In this document: piece by piece, positions 23,633-37,435 of the stretch | How the letters are laid out: every line of letters begins with the position of its first letter | Numbering within the stretch: the stretch's first letter is position 1 | NCBI GenBank assembly: GCA_039545335.1 | Contig: BCIN01000006.1 | Location: 1 to 64,000 of the forward strand | Source of the DNA: Kondoa subrosea | Taxonomy: Eukaryota | Length of the DNA stretch: 64,000 bases | Direction of reading: 5' to 3' | The notes under the pieces: generated by a model | Databases searched by the model: none | The model's input: the letters and a program-made list of their open reading frames with translations, nothing else | What the model was told of the DNA's origin: nothing | Made by a program: the position numbers and the translations under genes

Positions 23633-26021
23633 TTATCTCAATGGTCGACTTCCTCCAATCACTCGACCGCGAACAAAGACTGATCCAATGTTTCGATCGT
23701 CTCCCTGCACGCATAAATATCAGGGCATGTTGAGAGAAGCTTTAAGAAAACTCACAGCGAACATAAACTTTTCAAAGACTGTCGGTACATCGTCTTCTGC
23801 GTCAATGAACAGCGCCGGATTCAGGCCTTCCGGATACGGATCAGGTAGACTCTTGATGATGTCTTCCCAGCTGTTCTCTGGACCTTTCTTAGGTTTTGTG
23901 TCCTCGAAGGTCTTCTGTCCTGTTTGTACAAGCAGCTGACGGTTGCGAATTGAGCGTAATGAAGCGTAAAAAGCAGAAGGAGAAACTCACAGCATCAAAT
24001 TCCTTCCCAACAACGAAATTGCCAATTCTGTCCTCCAAACAGCAGACTTCTGCACCTCCGAGAGTTGCCAGGTAGAACAAAGTATCAAGCTGCAAATGCG
24101 AATCAGCAAACAATTCTTGTCCCTCTACTCTTGGCTTGGCTAAGCGCGTGGGAGTCACAGAACGATTGCGAGACTGAGACCGGGTGGGCGATTCCAGCCG
24201 ACTAGGAATATTAGCTGAAGCTTGCATGCTTAAGACCTTCGAGACGATACTTGCATCTCGAATTGTCGCCAAAATGGATAGAGCAAAGCCTCCAGATACA
24301 TCTGTTCCCAGACCGACCTTGAGGCCTCGATCAAGCATTTCGCCTACTCTTGTAACACCGCTGCGAAGATTGAAATTTGACCTGCGCACGCCTATCGCCA
24401 TCACACTCGTTTCAACAGCTCGCAGAGAAGAACGCACGTGGGACAGTGCGAGATGCCGGCGCCTCGCTCTTTGATCAACTCGATCTCTTCATCGTCAAGA
24501 TGCACGCAATGTGCTAGAATGGTATTGCTTTTCAGAAGGTCAAAGTGATCGTAGATTGCTGTATAGGATTTCGCGAAAGGGAAAAGAGATTTTGTAAAGG
24601 CGACTTCGCTCTGTTGTTTCAGCGCAGTTAGTGAGATCAATCGGTATTGCCAATTGTCTTACCTCGTTCTCGGACAAATGTCTGTCTCCGAGTGTCAGTC
24701 ACGAATCGCATGAGAAGGGAGAGAAACATACGTCTGTATATGCAATGTCTGATCTCTGGTTGCTATTGCGCCGAGAGAAGCGAGTAGAGCATCTGAACAG
24801 CTAATAGCAAAGCGAGGTGTCAAAATAGGATGAACCAAAGCTGTCTCTTCGTAGTCGGATGTATCTAGAGATGATGTACTGCTTGATACAGAGCCAGGAG
24901 TTAGAGGTATTTCTGTCGAGTCCTCGGGCAAAGTTGGTGCACAGCATTCAGCTCGAACATGCCGGATGAACTCTTTAGTATCCTCGATGCTCTTCGAGGC
25001 GGTCTTCTCTTGGTATTCGGGCACAGCATTCCGCTGAAAAGAGCACTTAGCGTCAGCAAGCAAGATTTTTGAACAACTAATGCCTGAAACATACATCCAT
25101 ACAGACTTTGCCAACAAAAGCCCGCTGTCCTTTGCGATGTATAATTGAAGCCAAAGCCTTTGTTGCGTCTGAGTGAGCGCCGTATGTAAGTAAAGTAAAG
25201 CAAAGGATTGAAGCCAACAAACCTAAATGAAGCGTCCCATAGTAGCAGCCTAAGCAGAAGATCAGTTCCGCTCACATTTACATCTAATGATAGAGAGCAG
25301 ACAGGTCTGCAGCTTTGTAAGAACCAGAAATGATAGGGCACAATCACTTACGGTTGTCCCAGCATTGATGATTCGCGTCACAACGCTCTCATATACTTTG
25401 TGAGCGTATGCAATGCTTTCAAACTTCTTCTCCTTTGGAAAAGTGACCTATCGCTATTGCCATCAGCGCAATCCCTTCCGCTCAGATCAGGCTAACATGA
25501 TGTAACCAATCAAGCAATTGATAATTCTGGCCATAGGCAAGGTTAGCATATTGAGGTGCGTGAGCTATCTTAAAGGCTCAGTTTTTCTTCTGCCTTCCGT
25601 GTCTCTACTTACTATGCGTGTCTATCAAGCTGATCCGAAAATCATATTCAGCGTCCAAAGAAGCCATTTCAAAAGACTTAACACTCACCCAGGCATCAAG
25701 AACTCGCCTAGACCGAGAGAAACAACGGAAGCATCTGACCATCCCAGCGCTTGTAATCGCTGAGAAACATTCGACCAAGCTATATCTGCTTCCACAAAGG
25801 ATATAACGCCTGACGAGTTGACACCTGATCCAATTCAGAATAAGCCATCTTTTGCCTGTGAAAGGTAGCAGAACCGACCCAACAAGCAGTTTTCCAAGAA
25901 CTCGGTGCTTCTAAGTCCAGTTGAGTGAATGACCGAGCCATAGAAGACACGCCGAGCCAGAGGCAGCTGAAGCAAAAGCAGTCAGTACGTTAGCGCTGTC
26001 GTATCAGCGACCTACATCCAT
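23633..26021 (-). CDS. GUD1: Guanine deaminase (amidohydrolase family)
   Basis: LIDTH, PILTPRFAISCS, ILAHCVHL, GISHCP, VGLGTDVSGG, LATLGGA, IGNFVVGKEFDA, GDDRNIGSVFVRG. The start codon is approximate. Confidence 0.92.
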
Positions 26022-26047
26022 GAATAGAGATTGTCGTGCAAAGCAAT

Positions 26048-26117
26048 TGCAAGAGATTGGCGAGATTAATCTCTTATCACCGTGCAAGAGATTGGCGAGA
26101 TTAATCTCTTATCACCG
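26048..26117. promoter_or_regulatory. Perfect 35-bp tandem duplication upstream of guanine deaminase, containing GATAAG and a 12-bp palindrome
   Basis: TGCAAGAGATTGGCGAGATTAATCTCTTATCACCG occurs at 26048-26082 and 26083-26117. Each copy has GAGATTAATCTC and CTTATC. Confidence 0.6.
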
Positions 26118-26201
26118 GAAGAATCGTCGGGAAGCCACAGAAACGCGAATATGCTATGCAATGGTACAAATACATATAGACAATGCCTTTTACACCCCTC
26201 A

Positions 26202-29200
26202 TCAAGCTGCAGCGACCTTCGCGTGAGCTTCCGCGATATCCGCATTATCTGTTTCCGAATGCTTGTGAGCTAGATCTACATCGGAGCAGGACATACATAC
26301 CAATAGTAATAGATTTGGTGCAGTTGCTTGTTCTAGTAGCTGACAATCAGCGCATGTCACAATCTTCACGTAAGATACTGACTTATAAATGCCGACTAGT
26401 CTTGACGCAAGTTCAAACCTTCACAAGGTGTCAGTTCACAGGTCTGCTGCGGACATACAACTCACATATTGTTGCGTAACGAAATGACTTGGTAGAAAGC
26501 CATTAGCTGACTACAAAAGCCAAAGCGAAGAGCAGAACTCACTGATAAATTGAGCGTTCTTCGTTCTCTGCGAGATATAATTGGCCACTATACTGACATT
26601 ACGGAAATCCAGCGCAGCCTAGTAAACAGTATCAGTCTATATCGGCCCTATCATTGCCTGAACAAGCAAAGCATACGTCGATTTCGTCCCTATTGTCTGA
26701 TCAACATCGTCTTGGGGGAGCTAGACCACAGATATACGCACATGAAGTACAACGGAGTGGGTTTGAAGACATGTAGGGCGAATACCAAAGCTAGCGAGCT
26801 AAGTGTTTTTTCACCACCTGACAGGTTCGAGATGTGTTTCCAGGACTAATAGTTCCGGTTGTGTCAGCTTCAAGGAAGCGCAGATCATGATCACTTGCCT
26901 TCTTAGGAGGCATTACACTGAAGACGATTCCCTCGGAGAACGGGTCCAAACTATCGACCAATTCCAACTCCGCATTACCTCCTAGAGTAATCATCTGGGA
27001 CGGCATGTTAGGCAGCTGGTTGAGTCCTGAAAGACAAGACTTACTTGATACATTTCTTTGAGCTTAAGACTAATGATGGAAAAGCCGGCCATGAACTTCT
27101 CGAGCCGCTCCTTCCGCAAGTTCTCATAATGTTGCTTGGCATCATCGCGTTGCTGAGTAACGTCAGAGAGCTCCTTTGCTCGCTCTAGAAATTGCTTCTC
27201 GCGTTGTTGATACTCCTTGAGGACTTCGAGATTCGGTTTGGCCGCTTCGATCAATTCTGGCAAAACGGTCATTAGAATGACAGATCTGGTTGATCCCACT
27301 GAATGCACACCTTCCACGCGAGCAAGAACAGCCTTGAGTGCGTTCAGATCCATGTCTTCCAGTTCTTCTTCGGTATAATCCCTGAGTTCGACAACTTCTG
27401 GAGCAGTGTCTCCTTCAGGCCTATCGGCAGTCTCATCGTCATCATCCTCATCGATCTCTTGTAGCTGTAGCTCCTTCATACGCTTGTTGATACTGTCTAA
27501 AGCCTTTTGCTGTGCTGAAAGATCTGTTTCAAACTTCTTGAGAGCTTGTTCCAATTCGGCCTAACGAATATCAGCTATTTCAAAATGTGCTAGGCAAGTA
27601 CATACTTCAGCCTTGCGGAACCGCTGGATTTCAGTGTGCTTCTGTTCCAGCTCGCCTTTGAGTTCAGCTAATTCAGTCGTCTTTTCGGCGACCAGCTCTC
27701 TTGCTTCTTCAGTACTGGATCGGACAGTTTCAGCCGCTTCAGAGTTGACTTTGATTGATTTCATGAGCTCAGCAAGCTGTTCATCGGCTTCTTCTACCGC
27801 TGCTTTGTTGGTTTCTATCGCCTTGTCAAGCTTTACAATATCCTTATCGGCTTTGGCTGCTGCGACTTCGGCTTTGGTGAGACGATCAGAAGCATGATCA
27901 ATCCGTTCTTTCAGATCTTGGACTTTGCCTTGCTGAACACGAAGTTTTGTTCCACCGATAGCCAGGATTTGATCCTGGAAGCCTTGTATTGCTTCTTCTA
28001 TCGAGGCTGTTTGAGCTGTGAGCTTGAGCAGATCGTTATCGGCTTTTTTGATGGTGTCCTCCAATTCGGCTATTCTTTCGAGATCTCCTGCTTCAGGTTG
28101 CGCTTGTGCTCTAGAGAGCATGTTAGCAAGTAGAGAATGAAGTACCACTTGACTCACTGTAGATCGGCAATTCTCGCCTGTGTGTCTGTCAGACGTTGAT
28201 TTGCGCTTCTTATAGTCATTTCGGCTTTGCTGATTGCTGTTGCTAATTCACTTGGGCGCTTCTTGAGTTGTGCAATCTCAGCTTCAATCTCATCTTGACT
28301 TTCAACAACGACCTTGAGATCTCTGTCAGCCTTCTCGTGCTCTTTCTCCAATCGCGCAATATGCTCGGGCGAAACATCGTCTGCTGAAATCTGAGCACCC
28401 ATGAGACCTTTTGCAGGTCGAGATCCGCCCCCAGACATAGTACCCGATGTATCGATGAGTTCACCAGATAGTGTGACGACACGGAAGCGCTGTCTGCCAT
28501 AAGCAATCCGATTGGCTTGTTCAAGATCTTTTGCGACAAGCGTATTCTTCAAGAGTTGATAGAAGGCTGGAATGTATTTAGGATCTTTGGCCGTTATGAG
28601 ATCGAAAAGGCGAGGTACGTTATCGGGAGTTTCGATGGGATTGAGATTGTGCGTTTGAAGTTGAGATAAGCACATAATGACAGCACGACCAGACCTGCTA
28701 CGACGAAGGTGATCGAGACAAGCTTGGCCATCTTCTACAGTATCGCAAATGAGATTGTTGAGTTGCGGACAAGCCGTAGAAATAGCGACATCGTATTTTG
28801 GCTCGATTCTACCAAGATCGCCCAGTCGCCCCTGAAAAGATTGTCAGAGACTAGTCAGCGACGATTATGAGAAAATGCGCACATGGAAACCGCCCAGACG
28901 TCCCTGCTCTTTCAACTTGGTAAGATCTGCGAGAACTTTGGATTGTGATTTAGTAGCTTGTTGAGATGCTTTAGCTTCGTCCGCTTTAGCTCGAGCGGTC
29001 GATGCCTTCTTTTTGAGTTCATCGTTTTGCTTCTTGATGGTCTGTTTCAAAGAATGAGTTGCTTCCTGCAAAAGCGCTGAAAATGACTGACTTCAAGTTT
29101 GGAAACGGCAGCAGCCAGAGCCTTCTCGGCATTTTTCTTCTCAAGAGCAAGATCCGATAACTCAGACTGGCTGGTATCCCTTTGCTGTTTGAGTTTCGAG

Positions 29201-31861
29201 ACACTTGCTTGCGCTTCCTCGATAGATCGCGCAACTGACGTGACCCGCTCCTGCAATAGGTCCCGCTCACCGACAGCCACTGAGCGAGCTGCTTGTTTCT
29301 CTGATACTCTGGCCGCCCAAGGTTGCAATTCGGCTTGTTTGACTTCGATTTGAGCGGAAATATGCTCAGTTTTGCCTAGAACGGTTCCATCATTAGTGAC
29401 ATGTCAAGCAGTGAATCGTAGATTGCACCTTTCAAGCTATCGCGGACCTTATCCAGCTCAACCTCTTCTTGCTCTAGTTCCTTCTCGAGCTTAGCGATCT
29501 CTTTGCCGAATTTCTCAGAAGCAGCCTTGCTGTCGCGACTACTATTCAGAGCTTCAGAGCGTGTATGCGAGTCCTATTGTCTGCAGTGAGCAAAAGAACA
29601 GATTGCAATAAAATAAGCGATACATCGCTCAAAGTCTTTGCGGCCTTCTTCTGTTTAGCAGAAAAGTGTTTGCGTTGTTCCTGCATCTGAACTTCTTTCT
29701 TGTCAAAGACTGCCAATTCCTTTTCCAACGCTTTCGAAGCCGTTTCAATTTCCTTGCATTCTTTTCAGCATGATGGATGTCAGTAGCCAAGTAAGACGTA
29801 CCTTCAGTTCCGCTTCTGCTTCAGTATATATAGCTTGGTGCTCTTCGTACTCTTGCTTGACACCAGCATTCTTCTTCTGTTCCTCTTCTAGCTGAGTAGC
29901 GGCTTCCGTCTATAGAGAAGATTCAGTACCAAGCGGTAGCACAGCGAAAATCGGAGGCCGTACCATATTACTGTTCAGAGCCTCCACATTCTGCTGAGTT
30001 GTCCACCTATAATGCTGGTAAAGCTTGGATTGAAGGATAGCTTTCTCATTCAAGTTCTTCAGGTATTCATCAGCTTCCTTCTTTCGTCCCTATAGATCGA
30101 TTTGTGAGCAAGAGGTATACGACCGGAAAACGAAACCTACTTCAAGGTTCTTCTTCTCCTTTTCGACGAGCTTCACGCGGGCCAATTTCTCACCTCGTTC
30201 TTCGTTCAAGCGATCTACATCTTCCAAAGCTTTCTCGATAGGTCCCTTGAGCTGTAACAGCAAAGAGCGAGTGAGGGAACGACTTGGAACCTAGGTAGAC
30301 CATTGCTTACATCTGATGTTCCGATGATATCTTCAAGATATTCTAGCAAACCATCTTCGTGCTCTGTAGCTCCTTTTGGCTTCATCTGAGCAATACTCTC
30401 TACCTCACCCTGTTTCGTATGACAAGAGAGAGATCAGTGAACTTTACAAGTTGCCAAGACGAGACACAAACCTGCAGGATCAAGAATCGATTATGATCCA
30501 AATCGATTCCCTTTTCTTTGAACAAGGTGACTACCTCAGTGAAATTACTGCTTCTGCTGTTGATCGTATATTTGGACTTGTTGTCTTTGAAAGCTTGACG
30601 CGAGACGACAAGATTCGAGCCTGGTACAACATCATAGAGTCCGTCTCCCGGCTAGCGATATCTCTGAATAAAGGTCAACGTCCATGTATGAAAGCACCTA
30701 CAAGGTCGATGATCTCGCGGAAGTGCTATAGGCAAAAGTCAACTGAGAGCTGAAGGGTGGAAGTACATTGAACTGACGACTTCGACTGCACAATAATCCA
30801 GATTCATTTTGCCTTCAGAATTGTGAATCAATTCACTGAGCTACGAGTCTAGCGATGAGCACTTTCGCAGACTTGATGATAGGTGAGGACTGGCTCACCT
30901 TGCCCTGCCTCATCTTGGAAGCTCGATAACCGAAAACAAAGAGTAAAGCGTCGATAGTATTCGATTTGCCTGATCCATTAGGACCAACGATAGCAGAGAA
31001 GGAAGAATGGAAAGGACCGATTTCAACTCGACCAGCATAAGATTTGAAATTGATCAAAACGATCTTGTGAATGACTAGTCTGGCTTTAGGTTTTTCAGGT
31101 TCTCTATTCTTCGGTGGTAAATAGATAGGTTCAGGAGTTGCTTCTGTTGTAGTTGCAGGCTCTTGAGTAGGATCAGCAACGGCCGGAGTTCCGCTAAGAG
31201 AGGGAGAAGCTAAAGGAGGAGTCTTTGCTTCCTGTTCTTCTGCAGCATCTGATTGAGAATTAGAGTCAGAGTTATTTTCTTCAGCTTCAGGTTCGACAGC
31301 AGATGGATCGACATGTTCTTGCTTGACTACAAATTCTTGTTGAACAGCTTGAGCGGATGTGGGCTCGTCATCCTCATCACTATCGACCTCTGGTACTGCT
31401 TCTGGTACTGGTATAGGTGCAGGTTTGCTTTTTGGTGCTCGTCGACTGGTTGATTTACGCGCTGGAGCAGCTCTTCTCTTTGGCGCAGGCTTCTCCTCTT
31501 CCACTTCTGAGTCCTCCTGATCATCTTGCTCTTCCTCAGCCTCTGATTCTGATTCCTGGACTACAGCTTTTGCTGGTTTGCGTACAGAGTTACGAGCAGT
31601 CGGTTTTGATCGCATTGTAGGCTTCACATCGCTTTCTTGCTCTTGATCAACATGCTCCTCATCCTCCTCCTGCTCAGATTCAGATTCTGGTATCACCGGT
31701 GCTTTCTTTCGTGTATTTCGACCAGCAGCTTTAGCTGGAACTCGCTTGGCTGGTTTTACTTCTTCCTCTTCCTCCTGCTCCGAGCTTTCAGGTGTAGGCA
31801 CTTTAGTAGGCTTCTTGGAAGTGCTCGAAGCAGTAGAAGCACGCGTTCCTCGAGGCGGCAT
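26202..31861 (-). CDS. SMC4: Condensin subunit SMC4
   Basis: INFKSYAG...[30 protein letters not shown], hinge ([20 protein letters not shown]), [36 protein letters not shown]. Confidence 0.97.
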
Positions 31862-31983
31862 GATTGTTTCGCGACGAAAGAGGTTCGAAAACTAAAAGTA
31901 AACAAGACATGGAAATCACCTCGAGAGCCCCAAATGTGTCAGCATACATTACAGCTGGTTACTAAGTACTGTGGGAAGTATGA

Positions 31984-33364
31984 TCACGACTCAAAGACAG
32001 ATTTCCCTTTTGAATACTGATATTCCTGCTGAACCCTTTTCCTCAAAGCTTTTCTTCTATAAGCAGCATAGCCAACACCCTGTCCAACTAATCAGCTAAA
32101 TCTGATCCTCGCTGAAGATACTCACGAATACGCCTAGCAGGAGAACACCACCAACGGCTGAAACACCAATAGGCAGCATTGCTGAGCCCACAGTCTGACC
32201 ACTGTGAGTATGGAATTCAGCTCCAAGATCAGTGGTAATCATAGCACTGTCGGCAGTACTTGTATTACTACTGCTGTCCATATCAATTGACGAAACACCA
32301 GCTTCAGCTGATTGTCGCATGCTTGAGACATCGATGGTCTTGATAGATGCGTACACAGGAGACGAAAGTACGATGGAAAGGATCGGCTCGGTCTTGACAA
32401 TCGAAGGACTTGCTGATGCTGATCTTGGTTCTCTTCCGCTCGTTCGTAATGAGAATTTGCTTGCGGCAGCCACAGAAATAGGCCGAATTGCAGGAGAATC
32501 AGAATGGTCTCGGAATGAGCTGATACGATCAGCTTTGTCAACGAAAGATGCTGATCTAGAGGTAAGACTACCAGCGTTGCGAGAAGTTTGGCTAAGGGGA
32601 ACAGAGTGCGATGGAGATCCTTGCGGTTTTGTAAGAGCGATTGATGGTACTACAGCAGATGCTGCATCGTTACTAAAGGATGGATAAGATGTTGCGGTTC
32701 GCCGAATAGTAGTGGTCGGTGTTTGGTCAGCTAGCTGCCTTCTTGCTAGCGAAGATGAAGAGATGATACCAATTGCGGAGCTCTGCTTGTATACACCGAA
32801 AGAAGAGTTGGCTACGGGCAAACTTATCTCGATAACAGTGAAATTCTTTCGAGACAGATCTTGAGTGACCACAGGTGAGGTATTGCCATTTGATGGGATA
32901 AGCTGGTTGTAATTGAGCGTCTGAGAAAGAAGAGAAGAACTGCTTGCAAGAGGTTGAAGAACGATAGGCGGAGAAGTAATGTTGTCCGATCCTTCCCAAT
33001 TCAACAGGACAGAGAATTCAGATTGCCCTGAATTTCTTGAGACGTCCCAAAGCATCACGAGTTGACCACCTGATCGATAATTCAGAATCATTTTAGCCAC
33101 ATGACAAAACGACTCACCAAACATGTTGGTCTCCTCATCTTTGTAAGCTACCCGATGACAAGCTACTACACCTTCCGCCTCTTGAGCCTTCACATATCTC
33201 ACACATTCCCTGATTAACTCTTGCTCGAAGAGATTTGAAGTGGCCAATGCTCTTCCTCTCCGATGAGGATGCTTTCGATGTCCTGTTACTGAGGCTGCGG
33301 AAGAAGTCTTGATACAGAGCACAGAGCACAATAGAAAGAAGGGAAAGTTGAGCAGAGCGACCAT
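31984..33364 (-). CDS. Uncharacterised type I membrane/secreted protein, paralog of 22314-23438
   Basis: Signal peptide, Cys-containing domain, long Ser/Thr stalk, TM segment and basic tail (YRRKALRKR). Confidence 0.7.
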
Positions 33365-33747
33365 GTGCGCTTCTAATGCAAGCGGGAGTCCAGCTCAAAC
33401 GCAATAGTATGAGCAAGGGCACCAGGCCTTTTGCCAGAGTTGTCGGAAAGAGTCTGTACAGGAAAGAGAGCAAAGAACAGCATCAGGAGTTCATTATAAT
33501 TAGAAGTGCCAAGACTCGTCGTCAGGACATTTCAGCAATTGCATTGTGAATCAGTTGTCAATGTTTCAAATTCGTCATATTGCTCGCAAGCCAGCTGATC
33601 CAGAGTGGCTCACATGTGATATACATCAGAGTGGTATTTGTAGCGCAATGTACCAAGAGTGAACCAAGCAGGGCAAATGGGCGTCGACTATATCACAGCT
33701 TCTCTTGCTTAGACCATCGCTTTCTTCTTGTTTTCTATATCGGAAAG

Positions 33748-34252
33748 ATGACTACAACAGCTGTTGCGCCGAGCAAGAATGTATCAGGGAGACCATGGAA
33801 GCAGCCAAAGACAGCTACAAAGCGGAGTCAAGGCAAAAAGCTGTTGAGCAAAAGTTGGAATGATCGAATGGCGGAAAGGTCAAAGCATGAGGCTATCAAG
33901 AAATTGGAAAGGGAGCTCAAAGCAGAAAAAGCAGCAGAACTACAAAGGTGATTGCTCAGGGTCAAGCCATAAACGAGATGGCATTGAAACCCATTTTTTC
34001 TTCAGAGTCAAGGACATTACACAGCAGCGCAAGCAAATAGAAGCAGACAAGGCTAGATTAGCAGCTGCTGCAGAGAAGGTCAGTATTTTCTCATTACTCT
34101 GCGTTGCTGAAGTTCATTGCTCTGCTGTATAGATGAGTGCGAAACGTTTACAGCGGCTCAAGAAGAAGCTAGGTAGGACGAAGAGTGAGCATCCCTTGAC
34201 TCTGTACTCCTTCAATCTTCAGCTGATGCCTTTCGCAGAGGTGAATGCGTGA
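33748..34252 (+). CDS. CGR1: rRNA-processing protein Cgr1
   Basis: NVSGRPWK...SWNDRM...AIKKLERELK...MSAKRLQRLKKKLGRTK. Confidence 0.88.
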
Positions 34253-34380
34253 TCATTGCGCTGGATCATTGAGAGAGGCTTCAGTCTGTTAATATTGTAA
34301 TATCGACGACGTGCATTGACAATGCTTGTACAACATTGGCATGAATAGAACTAGTAATACAATGAACTGTCGAAGCTGTA

Positions 34381-36978
34381 TTACTTCCGAGGAGAAATCG
34401 CTGCCTGTTCCAATTCTTCACTCGAAGGATTACTCGTGTCTTTTGGCCCAACGTCAGTGTTGGGATCAACAGGGTGGACACCTGTCTTTTCGTGCATTGT
34501 CGTCTTCTCGGACATCGGCATGCCTTTCTTGTCTTCCTCACGGACCGATTGCATCTGCGAAACAGTCAGAACAGCTCGCCTGCTAAGAGCACCAGTGTAT
34601 CTCACGTTGGCGACTGTAGGGTACTCTGTCAGTGATTATTCAGCTTGTGGGCCTTCAAAAACTCACAATCATGGATATTCCATCCGTCAACTTCAATATC
34701 ACGATCTGTAGGTAGAAATGAGCCCGAATACACTCGAAAATGGCTAGCAACTCAAGTGCGTGCACAAAATCGTACCTGGGACTCATATCAGCTCATCCTG
34801 GGAGTTTAAAGGGCGACCTACGCATATTCACCACATTCTTCATCGTCAATTCCAACAATCTCGGCATCTTCAGAAGCGCGAATGGAGCAGTACTGTAGGA
34901 AAGCTTAGCCAGGACCAGCACAGCCACACAGAGCACACGCACAGGTATGTGATCGATGATCACAAGAAGAATGTAAGAAATGACGAAAGTCCAACCAGAA
35001 CCGGCGCAAATCCAGGCGATCTGATAGCCAAGTTGAACCCAGTCTACATGAGTGTATGAGCGGGGCGACCGGAGGTAATGTCTGAAGATACTGACTATGA
35101 TCAAACCATCCACCTGGAATTCGAGTGAAAGCATCGTTGAAAGTAACACTGCCTTGAGCAAAGAGACCAGTGCAGATCAGACCGACTATGCCTGAAACAC
35201 CGTGGCTGCGATTACAGCGTAAGACGACATCAGTGCGTAAATGGTGAAGCATACCAAGTGAAAATATCCCTAGGTCGAGTATAAGCGACCATCGATCGAT
35301 CTTATAATGCTTGACTTACATTGGGTCATCGAAGCGGAACCAGACTTTGAAAGAGGTGAGCAAATTACTGATTCCTGATGCCAAAAATCCGACAGCGATA
35401 GACGCAGCTAACGACAAGGGTAAGCACACATTATGAATACGAATCAGCTGTACGTACGGACACCAATGAAACCAGCGGCAGGAGTCTGTCATCGATATAT
35501 CAGCCGCCAGCCGCCTACCGCCTGAAATAGTTGGAACACTTACAATAGCAACAAGACCGCAAATAGCACCTGTGCAGAAACCCACAACAGACCATTTCCT
35601 CTCTAGGCGCCAATCAAGGAACATCCACGTCAAACCACCGACACTGCCGGCGAAATTGGTATTGAAGATTGCCATTGCCGCTTTCAAGTTTGCAGCGAAA
35701 GTAGATCCTCCATTGAAACCGATCCACTGCACACATGTATGTAAGCATGTGCAGCATTAAGATATCAATGCGAGCTTACTCCGACCCATAGGAATACTGT
35801 TCCAATCACGACGTGACTAACGTTGTGCGGTCTGAACTGAAGTCTTGGTGTTCCATAGCCTCTTCTTTTGCCCAAGTAGATAGAGTATGCCAGACCGGTG
35901 AAACCAGAAGCGATTTCAATAGGTACACTACGATAAAATAAGCGGTTGAATGTTAGATGAGCGAAAGAACCCTACCCTCCTGCATAATCTAGCACGCTGA
36001 AACACAGATTTATAAGCTCATATCTACCGCGTTCGAAGCCGTGGAGCGAACCCAAGTTTGAAAGCCCATCCGTTTGGATCTATATCTATAATCAGTAACC
36101 TATTGAACATACCAGGAATATATACACACTCCACACCCAATACGCTAGCGGACAGTATACAACTGTTGCCCAGCAGAAGAAGAACAGCATAGTCGGACCA
36201 ATTCTTCCTCGTTCACATGCTGCTCCAATAAAAATTGCTGGAACCAAAGCCGCAAATTGACCTTGATACAGCGCGTAGACGATTCTTGGGACTTTGTTGT
36301 TTGCTCCTGGTACAGGTTGTTCCAAGACACCTTTGAAACCGAAATGTGAAAGGTCCCCGATAAAAGAAGAACCAGTATCGGAAAACGCAAGAGCTGCAGC
36401 GGGATTAGCTTCGGATGGAGTCCACCTGCTAATGAACCTCACAATATCCCCAGAACATCCACTGGAACGTTACCACAGCTTGAGACAACAAAGTCAGCAG
36501 CAGGAGAGAAAGCGCGTTCTTTCGTCGGACAAGTCCAGAGTAAAGATATCCAAGACCGGGCTGAAGATTGCATCAGCGAGGATTCTCTATAGTGCATGAC
36601 AAGCCACTCACAATCATGATCCTGAGACAGCAGCAATTAGCTTCCCGCTTCGAATGCTAGAGTGCGGAAAAACTTACCAAACCAAAGCTGAACACGTCAA
36701 CACCCATGCCAGATCACCAGGATTGTAAGCCACTAGTGTGCCATCAGGAAGAGTTGTAATTAGATCCGTGCCTATGCAATGTTAACATCTCGGTCAGAGG
36801 CTGTATCTCTGGGTTCTGCTGGACCAGAGCTCACCAAATTGATTGGCGATGTAGGATGGGGCTGTAGCTCCAGCTTCACCTCCCAAGATTCCATAACTAT
36901 CGCACACAAGGCTGGCGATAAGACTTTAAAGAGTTTTGTTATGTTTCCGTCTACTCGCCTTAAATCTACCGTTGGCAT
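34381..36978 (-). CDS. Ammonium transporter (Amt/Mep family), many exons
   Basis: YNPGDLAW, ERGRIGP, WATVVYCPLAYWVW, WIGFNGGS, GAICGLVAI, HGVSGIVG..TGLFA. Confidence 0.95.
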
Positions 36979-37435
36979 GGCACTACTCTGTGTTTGACGT
37001 TGCTGCTCTAAGGATATTCTCTATGTCTAGTCGTGCAAAAGGGTATAGAGCCTTCTATGGTAACAATTTTCTAGTGCTTGGGTCGAAAGATAGAATTCAA
37101 CTTCGAAAACTGACTCTGCCGATCCTTCTGCCAGTGCATTTTGTCCGAGATTACCCCTTAAATCCGATCAGCTTGGCGCTTTATATAGGCAGTGCCTAGA
37201 CACCAGACCACTCAGGTTTGCACAGCTGTATGAATCTCAGTCGCGACCGATCCACACTCCTAGTCTCAATGAAGACATAATGATCCGGTGGATTGAATGC
37301 TGTACCATCGCTGATACACACGCCGTTCGTACTCGAACTGGACGTGGACAGAAGAGAGGAGCTTTTGAATATGAAATAGAGAGGGAGAGAATCGCGTTAA
37401 GTTAATTAAGAAGCGTGACTTTCGGTAAAGTTGTC

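Noticed and set aside
32232..32687. Long antisense ORFs (also 43350-43709, 27613-27897, 1744-2277)
   Set aside because: They are shadows of Ser-rich or acidic coding sequence on the opposite strand, with no independent motifs.
23633..36978. Guanine deaminase plus ammonium transporter as a nitrogen-scavenging gene cluster
   Set aside because: They are separated by SMC4, CGR1 and another gene, and no further purine catabolism genes are present.
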